Below are positions 26,329 through 37,393 of a stretch of DNA of 64,000 bases, piece by piece (the first letter of the stretch is position 1; each line of letters begins with the position of its first letter). The notes beneath the pieces are model-generated. The model saw only the letters and a list, made by a program, of their open reading frames with translations. It did not search any database and was not told where the DNA came from. The translations under genes and the position numbers were made by a program. Location: contig CADBBQ010000001.1 in NCBI GenBank assembly GCA_902793005.1, forward strand, positions 32,860 to 96,859. Reading direction: 5' to 3'. The DNA comes from an uncultured Pseudomonadota bacterium. Its GTDB lineage: Bacteria > Pseudomonadota > Alphaproteobacteria > Rs-D84.

Positions 26329-29300
26329 ATGGCAGTCATCCAGAAATTTAGAAAATCTTTTGGCAAAAGTTTTTTGCAAACTCCACTTCCCGATTTGGTT
26401 GAAATTCAATATAATTCATACAAGGACTTTTTACAGGCCGATGTTGAACCGCAAAACCGCGAAAACAAGGGTCTGCAAAGCGTGTTCTTGTCAATGTTCC
26501 CAATCAAAGATTATGCCGGTATCGCGGATTTGGAATTTGTCGAATATACACTGGAAAAACCTGTATACAACGTCAAAGAATGTATGTTGCGCAATTTGAC
26601 ATATTCACGCAGATTAAAGGTGAAACTTCGCCTGATTCTGTGGGATGTTGCCGAAGATGGCAAAAAAACATTGCGTGATATCAAAGATCAAGAAATATTT
26701 ATGGGCGAAGTCCCATTGATGACCGAACGGGGCAGTTTTATCGCGGCCGGTGTGGAACGTGTTATCGTTTCCCAAATGCACCGTGCCCAAGGTGTCGTTT
26801 TTGCAACAACCAAAGAGGCTAAAATTGCGGGTAATCCGACAACATACACTGCGCGTATCATTCCTGAACACGGTTCTTGGATTGATTTCGAAGAATCCAA
26901 AGGTGTGATTTACGTTCGTATTGACCGTCGTCGTAAAATTCCGGCGACCGTGCTGTTGCGTTGTTTGCCCTGTGCCGAAGATGAAAAGAAATGGGTTGCC
27001 GACCCACGCAAACCGAGCATTCGTGGTATGTCTGATACGGAAATTTTATCGGCGTTTTATAAATCCATCCCATTATCGTTTGATGGCAAGGTTTGGGTTG
27101 GTGACACCGCCAGTTTCGAGGGTTTGGATAAATATCGCCTGAATTATGATTTGTTGAGTGTTCGTGGCGACAAAGAATTGGCGAACAAAGGCGACCGCTT
27201 GACGGTGAAACGTTTATCAAAATTGATGTCGTCGGCCAAACAATTTGGTATTAAATCGGAATCGTTGGTTGGTGAATATTTGTTCGAACCAATAACATCT
27301 GCGGGCGAAGTTATTTACCCATCTGGTACCGAAATAACGGACGAAATTTTATCTGATTTGGATAAAATGGGTGTCAAAAACATTTCTATTATTGCGATTG
27401 ATAACACAACCGTGACGGCCCATATGCGTAATACATTGGCGGCGGATAAAATCACAAATCGCGATGATGCATTGATTGAAATTTATAATGTTATTCGTCC
27501 GGGTGAACGTCCCACGGTCGAAGCCGCGTTGGGATTGTTCCTGCGCCAGGGCTTTGATGCCGCATACTATGATTTGTCGGCGGTTGGTCGTTTCAAAATG
27601 AACAAACGTTTGAAAATTGATTCTGGGAAACGTCCCGAAGACGAACGTTTGTTGACCAAGGCTGATTTCTTGGCGGTATTAAAAACATTAACAAATATTA
27701 TCGATCACAAAGACACAATTGATGATATTGATAATTTGTCGAACCGTCGTGTTCGTGCGGTTGGCGAATTGTTGGAACAAACATTCCGTACGGGTATGTT
27801 GCGTATTGAACGTCTGGTTCGCGAAAGTTTGTCTTCGCCGAACATTGCAAATATGCAACCCCAAGATGTTATCAATGTCAAACCGTTGATGTCATTGGTT
27901 TCTGAATTTTTGGGAACATCCCAGTTATCTCAATTTATGGATGCATATAATCCGTTGTCTGAATTGGAACACAAACGTCGTATTTCCGCTTTGGGTCCTG
28001 GGGGCTTGAACCGTGAACGCGCCGGTATTGATGTCCGCGACGTGCATCCGACACACTATGGCCGTTTGTGCCCAATTCATACACCCGAAGGTGCCAACAT
28101 TGGTTTGATTAACCATTTGGCTGCATATGCGCGTGTTAATGAATACGGTTTTATCACAACCCCATATTACGAGGTCAAAGATGGCAAGGTCACAAACAAA
28201 ATTGTATATTTGACCGCTGATGAAGAAGTGGGACACAAAATTGCCCAGGGTAACACCCCGACAAACGCGCGCGGCGAATTGACAACTGATGTTGTGACGG
28301 CTCGTGTTGATGGCGAATTTACAATGGTTCCAAAATCCGAGGTTGACCTGATTGACGTTGAACCACGCCAGGTGGTGTCCATTGCAACGGGATTAATACC
28401 GTTCGTTGAAAACGACGACGCTAACCGTGCATTGATGGGTTCGAATATGCAACGCCAAGGCGTGCCATTACTGCGTGTCCAGGCTCCATTGGTCGGTACC
28501 GGTATTGAACGCGAGGTTGCACGTGATTCCCGCACCGGCAAGGTTGCAAAACACAGTGGTGTTGTGGAATCTGTGGATGCAAACCGTATTGTGGTTAAAT
28601 GTATGAATTCCCGCAATGTCGTGACCGGTGTGGATATTTATAATTTGGAAAAATTCGAACGTTCTAACAGTGAAACATTGATTCACCAAAAACCATTGGT
28701 CAAAGTTGGCGACCGTATCTCTGCGGGCGACATTATTGCCGACGGTTCTTCGATGAATTATGGTGAATTGGCGTTAGGTCGCAATGTCTTGGTTGCGTTC
28801 GTGCCGTGGCGCGGATATAACTATGAAGACGCGATTGTGATTTCCGAACGCATTTCACGCGATGATGCGTTTACATCTGTTAAAATCGTGGAAAAAGAAT
28901 TCAAGGTGCGTGATACCCAATTGGGCCCAGAAAGTTTCACACGCGACATCCCAAATGTCAGTGAAGAAGCCGTCAAAAACTTGGACGAATCCGGTATCAT
29001 TTATGTTGGCGCACGCGTGAAACAAGGGGACATTTTGGTCGGTCGTGTATCACCAAAATCCGAAACATTATTGACCCCCGAAGAGGCTCTGTTGCGTAAC
29101 ATATTTGGTGAAAAGGCTTTGAACGTCAAAGATACATCTTTGCGCGTTGGTCCAAACGAAGAAGGAACAGTTATCGGTGTGAACATCTTGACCCGTCACG
29201 GTGTCAAAAAAGACGAACGCACCCAGATGATTGAATTGGAAAAAATTGCCAAAATCAATAAAGACCGCAGTGAAGAAATTGCGATTATTGAAAAAGGTTT

Positions 29301-30465
29301 CGCAGACCAGATTTTCCAAATGGCGGAAAACGAAACAATCGAAAATGGCACAGGCAGCATCAAACCATTTATTGGTAAAAAATTGACCAGTGAAGTGTTC
29401 GAGGCTATCCGTCCATCCGATGTTAAAAAATTGTCTGTCAAAAACAAAGAAATCCAGGCAAAAATTTCAGAATTGGTCGAACAACACAACATCAAATTGG
29501 CGGCTTTGAATGAAAAAGCCGATGCCGAAGTTGCGAAAGTGACCGAAAGCAATTCGTTAAGTGCGGGTGTCTTGAAAGAAGTCAAGGTTTACATTGCACA
29601 CAAAATGAAATTGCAACCGGGTGATAAAATGGCCGGTCGTCACGGAAACAAAGGTATCGTGTCCAAGGTTGTTCCAATCGAAGATATGCCATATATGGAA
29701 GACGGAACCCCGGTCGATATCGTTTTGAATCCGTTGGGTGTGCCGTCCCGTATGAACATTGGTCAGATTTTAGAAACTCACCTTGGTATGGCGGCGCGTT
29801 CATTGGGCCAACAAATTGGCGAAGTTTTGGACGAGGTCAAACAAAAACGTGCCGTAACCGACGATTTGCGTAATATTATGGGCAAAATCTATGGCAAAGA
29901 TGTCGCCGAAAAATTGGAAAAAATGACGGATACCGATGTCCGTGCCGAGGCCGCATTATTGCGTGACGGTGTACCAATGGCAACACCAACATTTGACGGT
30001 GCCAGCCCCGAAGACATTAAATCAATGTTGAAATTGGCAAAATTACCAGAAACCGGTCAATTCACATTGTACGATGGTATGACGGGTGAAAAATTTGCAC
30101 GTCCTGTGACCGTTGGTGTTATGTATATGATGAAACTGCACCACTTTGTGGATGAAAAGATTCACGCGCGTTCCGTGGGCAGTTATTCGCTTGTCACACA
30201 ACAACCTTTGTCTGGTAAGGCCCATATGGGTGGCCAGAGATTAGGTGAAATGGAGGTTTGGGCATTAGAGGCCCACGGTGCCGCACACTTGTTGCGCGAA
30301 ATGTTGACGGTTAAATCCGACGATATTACCGGCCGTAACAAAATGTACGAAGCCATCATTTCCGGCAGTAACGACATCCAAACCGGTACACCCGAAGCGT
30401 TCAACGTGTTCGTTCGTGAATTGCGTGGTTTGGGATTGGCGATGACACCTAAAAAAGTAGACTAA
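26329..30465 (+). CDS. rpoB: DNA-directed RNA polymerase subunit beta
   Basis: 1378 aa from MAVIQKF (the internal ATG of ORF 26263-30465, preceded by aaaaaggaat). Canonical beta-subunit blocks are present, including the rifampicin region (...FMDAYNPLSELEHKRRISALGPGGL) and NADFDGD-adjacent motifs. Confidence 0.97.
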   Translation: MAVIQKFRKSFGKSFLQTPLPDLVEIQYNSYKDFLQADVEPQNRENKGLQSVFLSMFPIKDYAGIADLEFVEYTLEKPVYNVKECMLRNLTYSRRLKVKLRLILWDVAEDGKKTLRDIKDQEIFMGEVPLMTERGSFIAAGVERVIVSQMHRAQGVVFATTKEAKIAGNPTTYTARIIPEHGSWIDFEESKGVIYVRIDRRRKIPATVLLRCLPCAEDEKKWVADPRKPSIRGMSDTEILSAFYKSIPLSFDGKVWVGDTASFEGLDKYRLNYDLLSVRGDKELANKGDRLTVKRLSKLMSSAKQFGIKSESLVGEYLFEPITSAGEVIYPSGTEITDEILSDLDKMGVKNISIIAIDNTTVTAHMRNTLAADKITNRDDALIEIYNVIRPGERPTVEAALGLFLRQGFDAAYYDLSAVGRFKMNKRLKIDSGKRPEDERLLTKADFLAVLKTLTNIIDHKDTIDDIDNLSNRRVRAVGELLEQTFRTGMLRIERLVRESLSSPNIANMQPQDVINVKPLMSLVSEFLGTSQLSQFMDAYNPLSELEHKRRISALGPGGLNRERAGIDVRDVHPTHYGRLCPIHTPEGANIGLINHLAAYARVNEYGFITTPYYEVKDGKVTNKIVYLTADEEVGHKIAQGNTPTNARGELTTDVVTARVDGEFTMVPKSEVDLIDVEPRQVVSIATGLIPFVENDDANRALMGSNMQRQGVPLLRVQAPLVGTGIEREVARDSRTGKVAKHSGVVESVDANRIVVKCMNSRNVVTGVDIYNLEKFERSNSETLIHQKPLVKVGDRISAGDIIADGSSMNYGELALGRNVLVAFVPWRGYNYEDAIVISERISRDDAFTSVKIVEKEFKVRDTQLGPESFTRDIPNVSEEAVKNLDESGIIYVGARVKQGDILVGRVSPKSETLLTPEEALLRNIFGEKALNVKDTSLRVGPNEEGTVIGVNILTRHGVKKDERTQMIELEKIAKINKDRSEEIAIIEKGFADQIFQMAENETIENGTGSIKPFIGKKLTSEVFEAIRPSDVKKLSVKNKEIQAKISELVEQHNIKLAALNEKADAEVAKVTESNSLSAGVLKEVKVYIAHKMKLQPGDKMAGRHGNKGIVSKVVPIEDMPYMEDGTPVDIVLNPLGVPSRMNIGQILETHLGMAARSLGQQIGEVLDEVKQKRAVTDDLRNIMGKIYGKDVAEKLEKMTDTDVRAEAALLRDGVPMATPTFDGASPEDIKSMLKLAKLPETGQFTLYDGMTGEKFARPVTVGVMYMMKLHHFVDEKIHARSVGSYSLVTQQPLSGKAHMGGQRLGEMEVWALEAHGAAHLLREMLTVKSDDITGRNKMYEAIISGSNDIQTGTPEAFNVFVRELRGLGLAMTPKKVD

Positions 30466-30551
30466 ATAATTGGGAATTGGCGCGGTGGTAATCGCTTTCC
30501 ATCGCCCATTTTCCAACAGCATCTTTAAAGCGACTTAAAGGAGCAAAATAC

Positions 30552-33500
30552 ATGACAAATATGTTGCAAAAGATATTTGGACAAATTGAAACCAAAGAAC
30601 AATTCGACGCGTTGCGTATCACCATCGCATCGCCAGAAGAAATCTTGTCTTGGTCTCATGGCGAGGTTAAAAAACCAGAAACCATCAATTATCATTCTTT
30701 GAAACCGGAACCCGAAGGATTGTTCTGCCAAGAAATTTTTGGCCCGGTCAAAGATTACGAATGCGCGTGCGGCAAGTATAAACGCATTAAAAACCGTGGT
30801 ATTATCTGTGAAAAATGCCATGTCGAGGTTGGACCATCCGCTGTTCGTCGTGAACGTATGGGCCACATTAAATTGGCAATGCCGGTGGCGCACACTTGGT
30901 TTTTACGCGAAGGAAAAATCGCCGTGTTGTTAAATAATTTGCCCCAGAAAAAGTTAGAGCAGGTTATTTCATACGATGCGTATATTGTTATTGAACCGGG
31001 ATTGACATCTTTGAAATTATACGATGTCATCAGTGAAGATGAATACCAGGCCAAAGTCGAAGAATTCGGTCCCGACGCATTCCGTGTCGGCATTGGTGCC
31101 GAAGGCGTTCGCAGCATTATTGCGAATTTGGATATGGGTGATGAACGTACACGTCTGCGCGCAGAATTGGCGGATGCAAAATCCGAACAAAAACGCAAAT
31201 TGTTAATCAAACAATTGAAATTGGTCGAAGCATTTTTGGATTCTAAAACAGAACCTGCGTGGATGTTGCCGGATATTTTACCGGTTATCCCACCAGATAT
31301 GCGTCCATTGGTCACATTGGATGCGGGGCACGTTGCGGCATCTGACTTGAACGATTTGTATCGTCGTGTGATTATTCGTAACAATCGTTTGAAACGTTTT
31401 ATGGAAATGCACGCGCCTGACATCATTATTCGTAACGAAAAACGTATGTTGCAAGAGGCCGTTGATTCCTTGTTCGATAACGGACACAAAGCACGTCCAA
31501 TGGTTTCGCAAAACCGTCGTCCATTGAAATCATTATCTGATTCTTTGCGTGGTAAATCGGGTCGTTTCCGTATGAATATGTTGGGTAAACGTGTGGATTA
31601 TTCCGGTCGTTCGGTTATTACCCCGGGGCCAACCCTTCGTATGCACCAGGTTGGTTTGCCGAAAACAATGGCATTGGAATTGTTTAAACCATTTGTATTT
31701 GCGCGTCTGTTGGCGGGTGGTTATGCAAACACATTGAAAACCGCGCGTAAAATGGTTGAAAACGGCGAAGATATCGTATGGGAAATTTTGGAAAAGGTTA
31801 TCTATCAACATCCTGTTCTGTTGAACCGTGCGCCATCATTGCACAGATTGTCGTTGATTGCGTTTGAACCAGTTTTAATCGAAGGCAAGGCAATTCGTTT
31901 GCACCCATTGGTCTGCAAGGGATTCAATGCCGACTTTGACGGTGACCAGATGTCTGTCCACGTTCCAATTTCACTCGAGGCTCAATTAGAGGCCCGTACA
32001 TTAATGTTGTCCACGAACAACGTGTTGTCGCCTGCGAACGGTGAACCAATGACCGTACCATCCCAAGATATGGTGTTGGGTATTTACTATATTTCGTTGA
32101 TAAACGGCGAACACGATGAAAAGAAGTCTCCACGATTCTCTGGTATGGACGAGGTTAAATTGGCGTTGGAAAATCACGTAATTACTTTGCACACACCAAT
32201 TTATGCGCGTATCAATGGTAAAACATATGCGACGACGGCGGGTCGTATGATTTTGGGCGAATTGTTGCCGAAATCTGACAAAATGCCGTTTGATTTGGTG
32301 AACAAAGTTATGCCCAAGAAAGCCATTGAAAAATTATTGGCAACCGCATATGAAAATTGTGGTGACAAGGCGATGATTTTATTGGCCGACGCATTGAAAG
32401 ATACCGGTTTTGAACAAGCGGCACGCAGTGGTATTTCCATCGGGTTTAACGATATCGTTATTCCAGAAGAGAAAGAATCTATGATTGCGGAATCGACACG
32501 CGCGGCCGAAGAAATCGAAGAACAATATCAAAACGGTTTGCTTTCTGGCGGTGAACGTCATAATAAACTGATTGATTTGTGGCAAAAAACAACCGATAAA
32601 TTGGGTGATTTGGCATATGCCACATTGGGTAAAACAACCGGTGAAAACTGGAATTCGGTGTATATGATGGCATTGTCCGGCGCCCGTGGTTCCAAGGGCC
32701 AGATTCAACAGTTGGCTGGTATGCGTGGTATGATGCAGAAGCCCGACGGTTCAATTATCGAAGTTCCAATTATTTCAAACTTTAAAGAAGGTTTGACTAT
32801 GTCCGAATACTTTACGTCCACCCACGGTGCGCGCAAGGGTATGTCGGATACGGCTTTGAAAACGGCAACGGCTGGATATTTGACACGTCGTTTGGTTGAA
32901 TTGGCGCAAAACACGGTTATCACCGAACACGATTGTGGCACACACGAATTTATTACTGCAAAACCTGTGTACCAAGGGTCCACATTGGTTGTGCCATTGG
33001 GTGATGTGGTTTTGGGTCGTACCGCTGCGCACGATATTGTCAATCCAATTACCAAGGAAGTTATCGTTCCGGCTGGTGAATTGGTCACAAAATCCGCGTC
33101 CAAGGTTATCAATGAATGCGGTTTGCCGTCTGCGGATGTGCGTTCTGTTTTGACGTGCCAAAGTGACGGTTTGTGTGCGAAATGTTATGGTATGGATTTG
33201 TCGCGTAATGCGCTGGTGCACGTTGGCGAACCGGTTGGTGTTATTGCGGGTCAATCCATTGGTGAACCTGGAACTCAGTTGACATTGCGTACCTTCCATA
33301 TTGGTGGTATTGCGGAAAGTAGTGCCGAAAGTCACTTTATTGAAATGCCTGTTGCGGGTCGCATTAAATTGATTGGTGTGAATACAATTACGAACAAATC
33401 TGGTCGTGTGGTTGTATTGTCGCGTAACGGTGAAATTGCCGTCGTCGATGACAAAGACAACAAATTGTTCAGTTGTGCATTACCATACGCATCAAAATTG

Positions 33501-34664
33501 ATTGTGTCTGAGGGCGATATGGTTGAAAAAGGTGCCAAGGTTGCCGAATGGGATCCATATTCAAACGATATTATTGCGGAAAAAGATGGAACCGTGTGCT
33601 TTAACGATTTGGTCGAAAATGTTTCGTTCCAAGAAGAAGTTGACGGCACAACCGGCATCACATCTCGCAAGGTTATCAATTGGAAAAACGTAACCAAAAA
33701 GGCATTAAACCCGTCAATCACATTGGTTGATGATAAAGGCGAGGTTATATCACTGGGTGGTAAAAAGGTTGCCCAATATATGTTGCCGGTGTATTCGGTG
33801 TTAAATGTTGCGAACGGTGACCACGTTGCCGCGGGTGACATTTTGGCGCGTATTCCTGTCCAGGCGAAAAAGACGGGCGATATTACCGGTGGTTTGCCGC
33901 GCGTCGAAGAATTACTAGAGGTTCGTCGTCCATCCAACCCGGCATTATTGGCCGAGGTTGACGGTACAATCGAATTAGAAGATGCAAAATCGAAAATCAT
34001 TATTCGCATTGAACCGACCGACGGAACGGCGCCTGTGGAATATGCGGTGCCCAAGGGTACAAACTTGTTGGTGCGCAGTGGCGATGTCGTGAAAAAGGCG
34101 GAAAAATTGGTTGATGGTGAACCTGTTCCCCAAGACATCTTGCGTATTTTGGGACAAAAGGCATTGGCGACATTTATGGTTGACCAAGTGCAACAAGTTT
34201 ATCGCTTGCAGGGTGTGACCATCAACGACAAACATATTGAAATTTTGATTCGCGAAATGACACGTCGTGTTGAAATTGCAAACCCGGGCGATACTGGATT
34301 CTTGATGGGTTCGGTTGTTGACCGTGTTGATTTCGAAGAAGAAAACGCCCGTGTTATCCGTGACGGCGGCCGCCCGGCCGAGGCTTCCCAGGTCTTGGTT
34401 GGTTTGACCCGTGCGTCATTAACATCGCGTTCGTTTATTTCAAACGCATCGTTCCAACAAACGACCAAGGTTTTGGTGGATGCCGCCATTAACGGTTCGA
34501 CCGATAAATTGGTTGGTATCAATGAAAACTTGATTGTTGGTCGTCTGATTCCAATTGGCACCGGCGCATATGTCCGCCGTGTTCGTGAAATCGCCAAGGA
34601 AGAAGAACGTGCGGAAAAAATTGCCCGCGAAGGTGGCGAACACCAACAATTGTTGGATATCTAG
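30552..34664 (+). CDS. rpoC: DNA-directed RNA polymerase subunit beta'
   Basis: 1370 aa with a zinc-binding N-terminus (CACGKYKRIKNRGIICEKCHVEV), the catalytic NADFDGDQM motif, and the bridge-helix/trigger-loop regions. Confidence 0.97.
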   Translation: MTNMLQKIFGQIETKEQFDALRITIASPEEILSWSHGEVKKPETINYHSLKPEPEGLFCQEIFGPVKDYECACGKYKRIKNRGIICEKCHVEVGPSAVRRERMGHIKLAMPVAHTWFLREGKIAVLLNNLPQKKLEQVISYDAYIVIEPGLTSLKLYDVISEDEYQAKVEEFGPDAFRVGIGAEGVRSIIANLDMGDERTRLRAELADAKSEQKRKLLIKQLKLVEAFLDSKTEPAWMLPDILPVIPPDMRPLVTLDAGHVAASDLNDLYRRVIIRNNRLKRFMEMHAPDIIIRNEKRMLQEAVDSLFDNGHKARPMVSQNRRPLKSLSDSLRGKSGRFRMNMLGKRVDYSGRSVITPGPTLRMHQVGLPKTMALELFKPFVFARLLAGGYANTLKTARKMVENGEDIVWEILEKVIYQHPVLLNRAPSLHRLSLIAFEPVLIEGKAIRLHPLVCKGFNADFDGDQMSVHVPISLEAQLEARTLMLSTNNVLSPANGEPMTVPSQDMVLGIYYISLINGEHDEKKSPRFSGMDEVKLALENHVITLHTPIYARINGKTYATTAGRMILGELLPKSDKMPFDLVNKVMPKKAIEKLLATAYENCGDKAMILLADALKDTGFEQAARSGISIGFNDIVIPEEKESMIAESTRAAEEIEEQYQNGLLSGGERHNKLIDLWQKTTDKLGDLAYATLGKTTGENWNSVYMMALSGARGSKGQIQQLAGMRGMMQKPDGSIIEVPIISNFKEGLTMSEYFTSTHGARKGMSDTALKTATAGYLTRRLVELAQNTVITEHDCGTHEFITAKPVYQGSTLVVPLGDVVLGRTAAHDIVNPITKEVIVPAGELVTKSASKVINECGLPSADVRSVLTCQSDGLCAKCYGMDLSRNALVHVGEPVGVIAGQSIGEPGTQLTLRTFHIGGIAESSAESHFIEMPVAGRIKLIGVNTITNKSGRVVVLSRNGEIAVVDDKDNKLFSCALPYASKLIVSEGDMVEKGAKVAEWDPYSNDIIAEKDGTVCFNDLVENVSFQEEVDGTTGITSRKVINWKNVTKKALNPSITLVDDKGEVISLGGKKVAQYMLPVYSVLNVANGDHVAAGDILARIPVQAKKTGDITGGLPRVEELLEVRRPSNPALLAEVDGTIELEDAKSKIIIRIEPTDGTAPVEYAVPKGTNLLVRSGDVVKKAEKLVDGEPVPQDILRILGQKALATFMVDQVQQVYRLQGVTINDKHIEILIREMTRRVEIANPGDTGFLMGSVVDRVDFEEENARVIRDGGRPAEASQVLVGLTRASLTSRSFISNASFQQTTKVLVDAAINGSTDKLVGINENLIVGRLIPIGTGAYVRRVREIAKEEERAEKIAREGGEHQQLLDI

Positions 34665-34665
34665 T

Positions 34666-34800
34666 TCCCCTCCCTTGGAGGGGAGGGCCGGCCCGGGCCC
34701 CACGAAATTCCCACAGAATTTCGTGGGTGGACACAGCCGGAGGGGTGGTTTCTCCCTTGGAGGGGAGGGGCTTGTCCCACGAAGCCTTGGCGAAGTGGGA
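34666..34800. repeat. Cluster of GC-rich palindromic elements downstream of rpoC, probably doubling as a terminator
   Basis: Hairpins cccctcccttggaggggaggg, gggccccacgaaattcccacagaatttcgtgggtgg and ctcccttggaggggagggg. Same family as 10561-10640, 61295-61395 and 61840-61925. Confidence 0.75.
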
Positions 34801-34878
34801 TGGCGGGGGTAAACTTTTCCTTGCAAAAACGGAATTATGAATTAAAATACATCGAACAAAAAATAAAAAGGATTAAAA

Positions 34879-35029
34879 AATGGCAACGCCCAGAAGTAAA
34901 ACAAGCAAAGCACGCAGTGCACAACGTCAATCACATGATGCATTAACCGTGATGCCATGTGGTGTTTGCAAATCTTGTGGCGAAAAGAAACGTCCACATC
35001 ATATTTGCCCGGCCTGTGGTGCGAAATAA
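34879..35029 (+). CDS. rpmF: 50S ribosomal protein L32 (zinc-ribbon type) with an apparent +1 frameshift after codon 14
   Basis: Frame 1 gives MATPRSKTSKARSA then TTSIT and a stop. The next frame gives ...QQRQSHDALTVMPCGVCKSCGEKKRPHHICPACGAK. Together they match the L32 consensus (MAVPKRKTSKSRR..RRSHDAL...C..CGE.KRPH..C..CG), with one extra base near 34921. Located upstream of plsX as usual. Confidence 0.6.
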
Positions 35030-35118
35030 TAAATAAAAAATAAGTATGGCAGATTTGGCAATCCTGTGTCATAATGGGGTTATCAAATCTGTTTTTTTAT
35101 GACAAAGGCGTAACACAT

Positions 35119-36165
35119 ATGACCAAGGTTATTTCCATTGATGCATTTGGTGGCGACAAAGGGCCACGGGTTGTTTTGGGCGGAATAAACCAATTTTTAT
35201 ACCAAAATGGCGAGGGCTCGGTTCATTTTCGCATATTTGGCAAGCAATCAACCTTGAACAAATTACTGGCGAAATTTCCGCGTGTTATGCGCAATTGCAC
35301 GGTGATTGACGCGCCGGATGTTATTCGTGGCACGGACAAGGTTCGCGATGTAATCCGTCACGCTGACGGGACATCAATGTTTATGGCAATCAAAGATGTT
35401 CGCGCCGGAAATGCGTCTGCGGTGGTCAGTGCGGGCAACACCGGGGTTTTGATGTCGCTGTCTAAATTGGCGTTAAAGACCGTTGATGGCATATCGCGTC
35501 CGGCGATAACGACGATGTTGCCGTCGGGCGGTGGTGATTCCCGTGTGGTGGTTTTGGATTTGGGTGCGAACCTGCAATGTGATGCCCAGAATTTATTTGA
35601 TTTTGCGATATTGGGATCTGTGTACGCGGAAACAATTGGGCATATGTCGCGTCCGCGCGTCGGCATTTTGAATATCGGTACCGAGGAAACCAAGGGTAAC
35701 GAAACCTTGCAAGAATTAAACCGCGTATTGACCGAACACCGTGACGAATTACCATACGAATACATTGGCTTTGTTGAACCAACCGACATCAGTGCCGGCC
35801 GGGTCCAGGTTGTCGTTACCGACGGCTTTACGGGCAATATTGTTCTAAAAACGGTCGAGGGTACCGCAAAATTGATAAAACGCGTCATAATGGAAAATTT
35901 CAAGAAATCCGTGCTGGCGATAATTGGTGCGTTTTTCTTGGTTCACGTATTCAAACGGTTAAAGCATAAAATTGACCCGCGTTCATACGCCGGCGCAACA
36001 TTTTTGGGATTAAATGGGTTTTCGGTTAAAACCCACGGGAACAGTGACGCCTTGGCATTTTCGAACGCGATAAAATATGCGGTGGATTTATCGAATGCGG
36101 ACTTTAATGGTGCAATACGCGAGCGTGTTGCGGCGGTCGCACGCATCCGTGATGAATTGGTATAA
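35119..36165 (+). CDS. plsX: Phosphate acyltransferase PlsX
   Basis: MTKVISIDAFGGDKGP...SAGNTGVLM...VLDLGANLQCD, the PlsX family. Start taken at the internal ATG of ORF 35074-36165. Confidence 0.9.
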   Translation: MTKVISIDAFGGDKGPRVVLGGINQFLYQNGEGSVHFRIFGKQSTLNKLLAKFPRVMRNCTVIDAPDVIRGTDKVRDVIRHADGTSMFMAIKDVRAGNASAVVSAGNTGVLMSLSKLALKTVDGISRPAITTMLPSGGGDSRVVVLDLGANLQCDAQNLFDFAILGSVYAETIGHMSRPRVGILNIGTEETKGNETLQELNRVLTEHRDELPYEYIGFVEPTDISAGRVQVVVTDGFTGNIVLKTVEGTAKLIKRVIMENFKKSVLAIIGAFFLVHVFKRLKHKIDPRSYAGATFLGLNGFSVKTHGNSDALAFSNAIKYAVDLSNADFNGAIRERVAAVARIRDELV

Positions 36166-36192
36166 AAAAACCGGCATATGCCGGTTTTTTTA
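36166..36192 (+). terminator. Rho-independent terminator after plsX
   Basis: aaaaaaccggcatatgccggttttttt. Confidence 0.55.
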
Positions 36193-37393
36193 GTGTTCAG
36201 AGTTCAAAGTACAAAGCACAAAGTACAATTATGGCAGGATAATTCATTCTCGGACATTCTCCTTCTTTATGAAAGAAGGAGTACCCGAGCAAGCATCGGC
36301 GCGCGAGGGGGAGGTAGTTGTGCACGGCGACAAAGTGAAACGGCGTCGCCATAAAAAAAATTAAAAATCACAACTGCCCCGTCTGACTCGTTGACACTCG
36401 TCATCCACCCCTTCTTTTCCCGTCCCCGCACAGCGGGGCCGCGGTTGAAAAGACGGGGAATATCCAATAATAAATAATTATGCCACAACTGAACTTTGTA
36501 CTCTGTACTCTGAAAACTGCACAACACCCGTTGTGCAAAAAAATATTGCACACGCAATAAAATTTTTTCTATAATACCTTTGTGAATCCGAAACAAGGGA
36601 GTTGGATTCCGGTGGCTTTAGCAGGCCTAAAAACTCCGGTGCAAAGTTTGCATCGTGACTCTCCCAATCTGAAAAACCGATTCGATAATCGGGATGATTG
36701 TGTTTGTTGCATCCATATTTTGCACCGACATTTTTATCACGGTGCCGGAGAAAATTTTTAAATCCCCCTGATGAAAATGTAAATTTTTCCCAGACTGAAA
36801 CCCCCATTATAACATTTTATGTTTGTCGGGGTGCCGCGTACAGCAATGTATGTGGGGTCATTGAGTTTTTGATTTGCTAACACCCCGGCCGCATTCCCGT
36901 TTTTGGATTTGGCGGTGTTTTTTATTTTTTCGCGACTGCGAAAAAATAACAGAGTTCAGAGTGCAAAGTTCAGAGTTCAGTTGATGAATTATTGAATTTG
37001 ACTGTGAACCCAGCCCCGGACATTCCCCGTCGCCAATTTTTACCGAGGTAAAACCGAGGATTAAAAATTGAGCGCCGCGCCGTAGCATTGCGCGTTTTGG
37101 GGGAACGAACCTTGTTTTGTCGGCGAAGGCGGGCAAACCCTCGCGTCAGCACAAAAAGAAGGGGTGGCACGAAACCGTCAGGTTGAGTGACGGGGTAGTT
37201 GTGAAAAAATTACCGCACGGTGGCGTTTTGTTTTGGGAAAATTAAAGGCTCCGAATTCAATTCCCTCGACACAACTGCGTTGTGTCTGCGGGGCACTCCT
37301 CGCTCACGACCAGTTGTGTTTAAACAAAACCAGGCTTTTTGTCCCGAAACAAATCCACCGCACGAACAAAAAGAAAAGAACGGGAGAAAAACT
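36181..37393. repeat. Copy B of the conserved non-coding leader/repeat region (see 4201-5040), longer and with extra internal repeat units
   Basis: Shares the cttctttatgaaagaagg hairpin, acggggtagttgtg units (three, one inverted), the TTGCAC...TATAAT promoter, the conserved block ggtgccgcgtacagcaatgtatgtggggtcattg, and gaacgggagaaaaactATG. Confidence 0.7.

Noticed and set aside
26614-34597. Many 60-270-aa ORFs antisense to or out of frame within rpoB and rpoC (e.g. 30755-31489, 33332-34138, 32775-33335).
   Set aside because: They lie entirely inside two long, highly conserved genes and have no start context or motifs. They are typical spurious shadow ORFs.
35358-36146. ORFs antisense to plsX (35358-35903, 35462-35782, 35943-36146).
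   Set aside because: Nested in plsX, which has a clear family match; no independent support.
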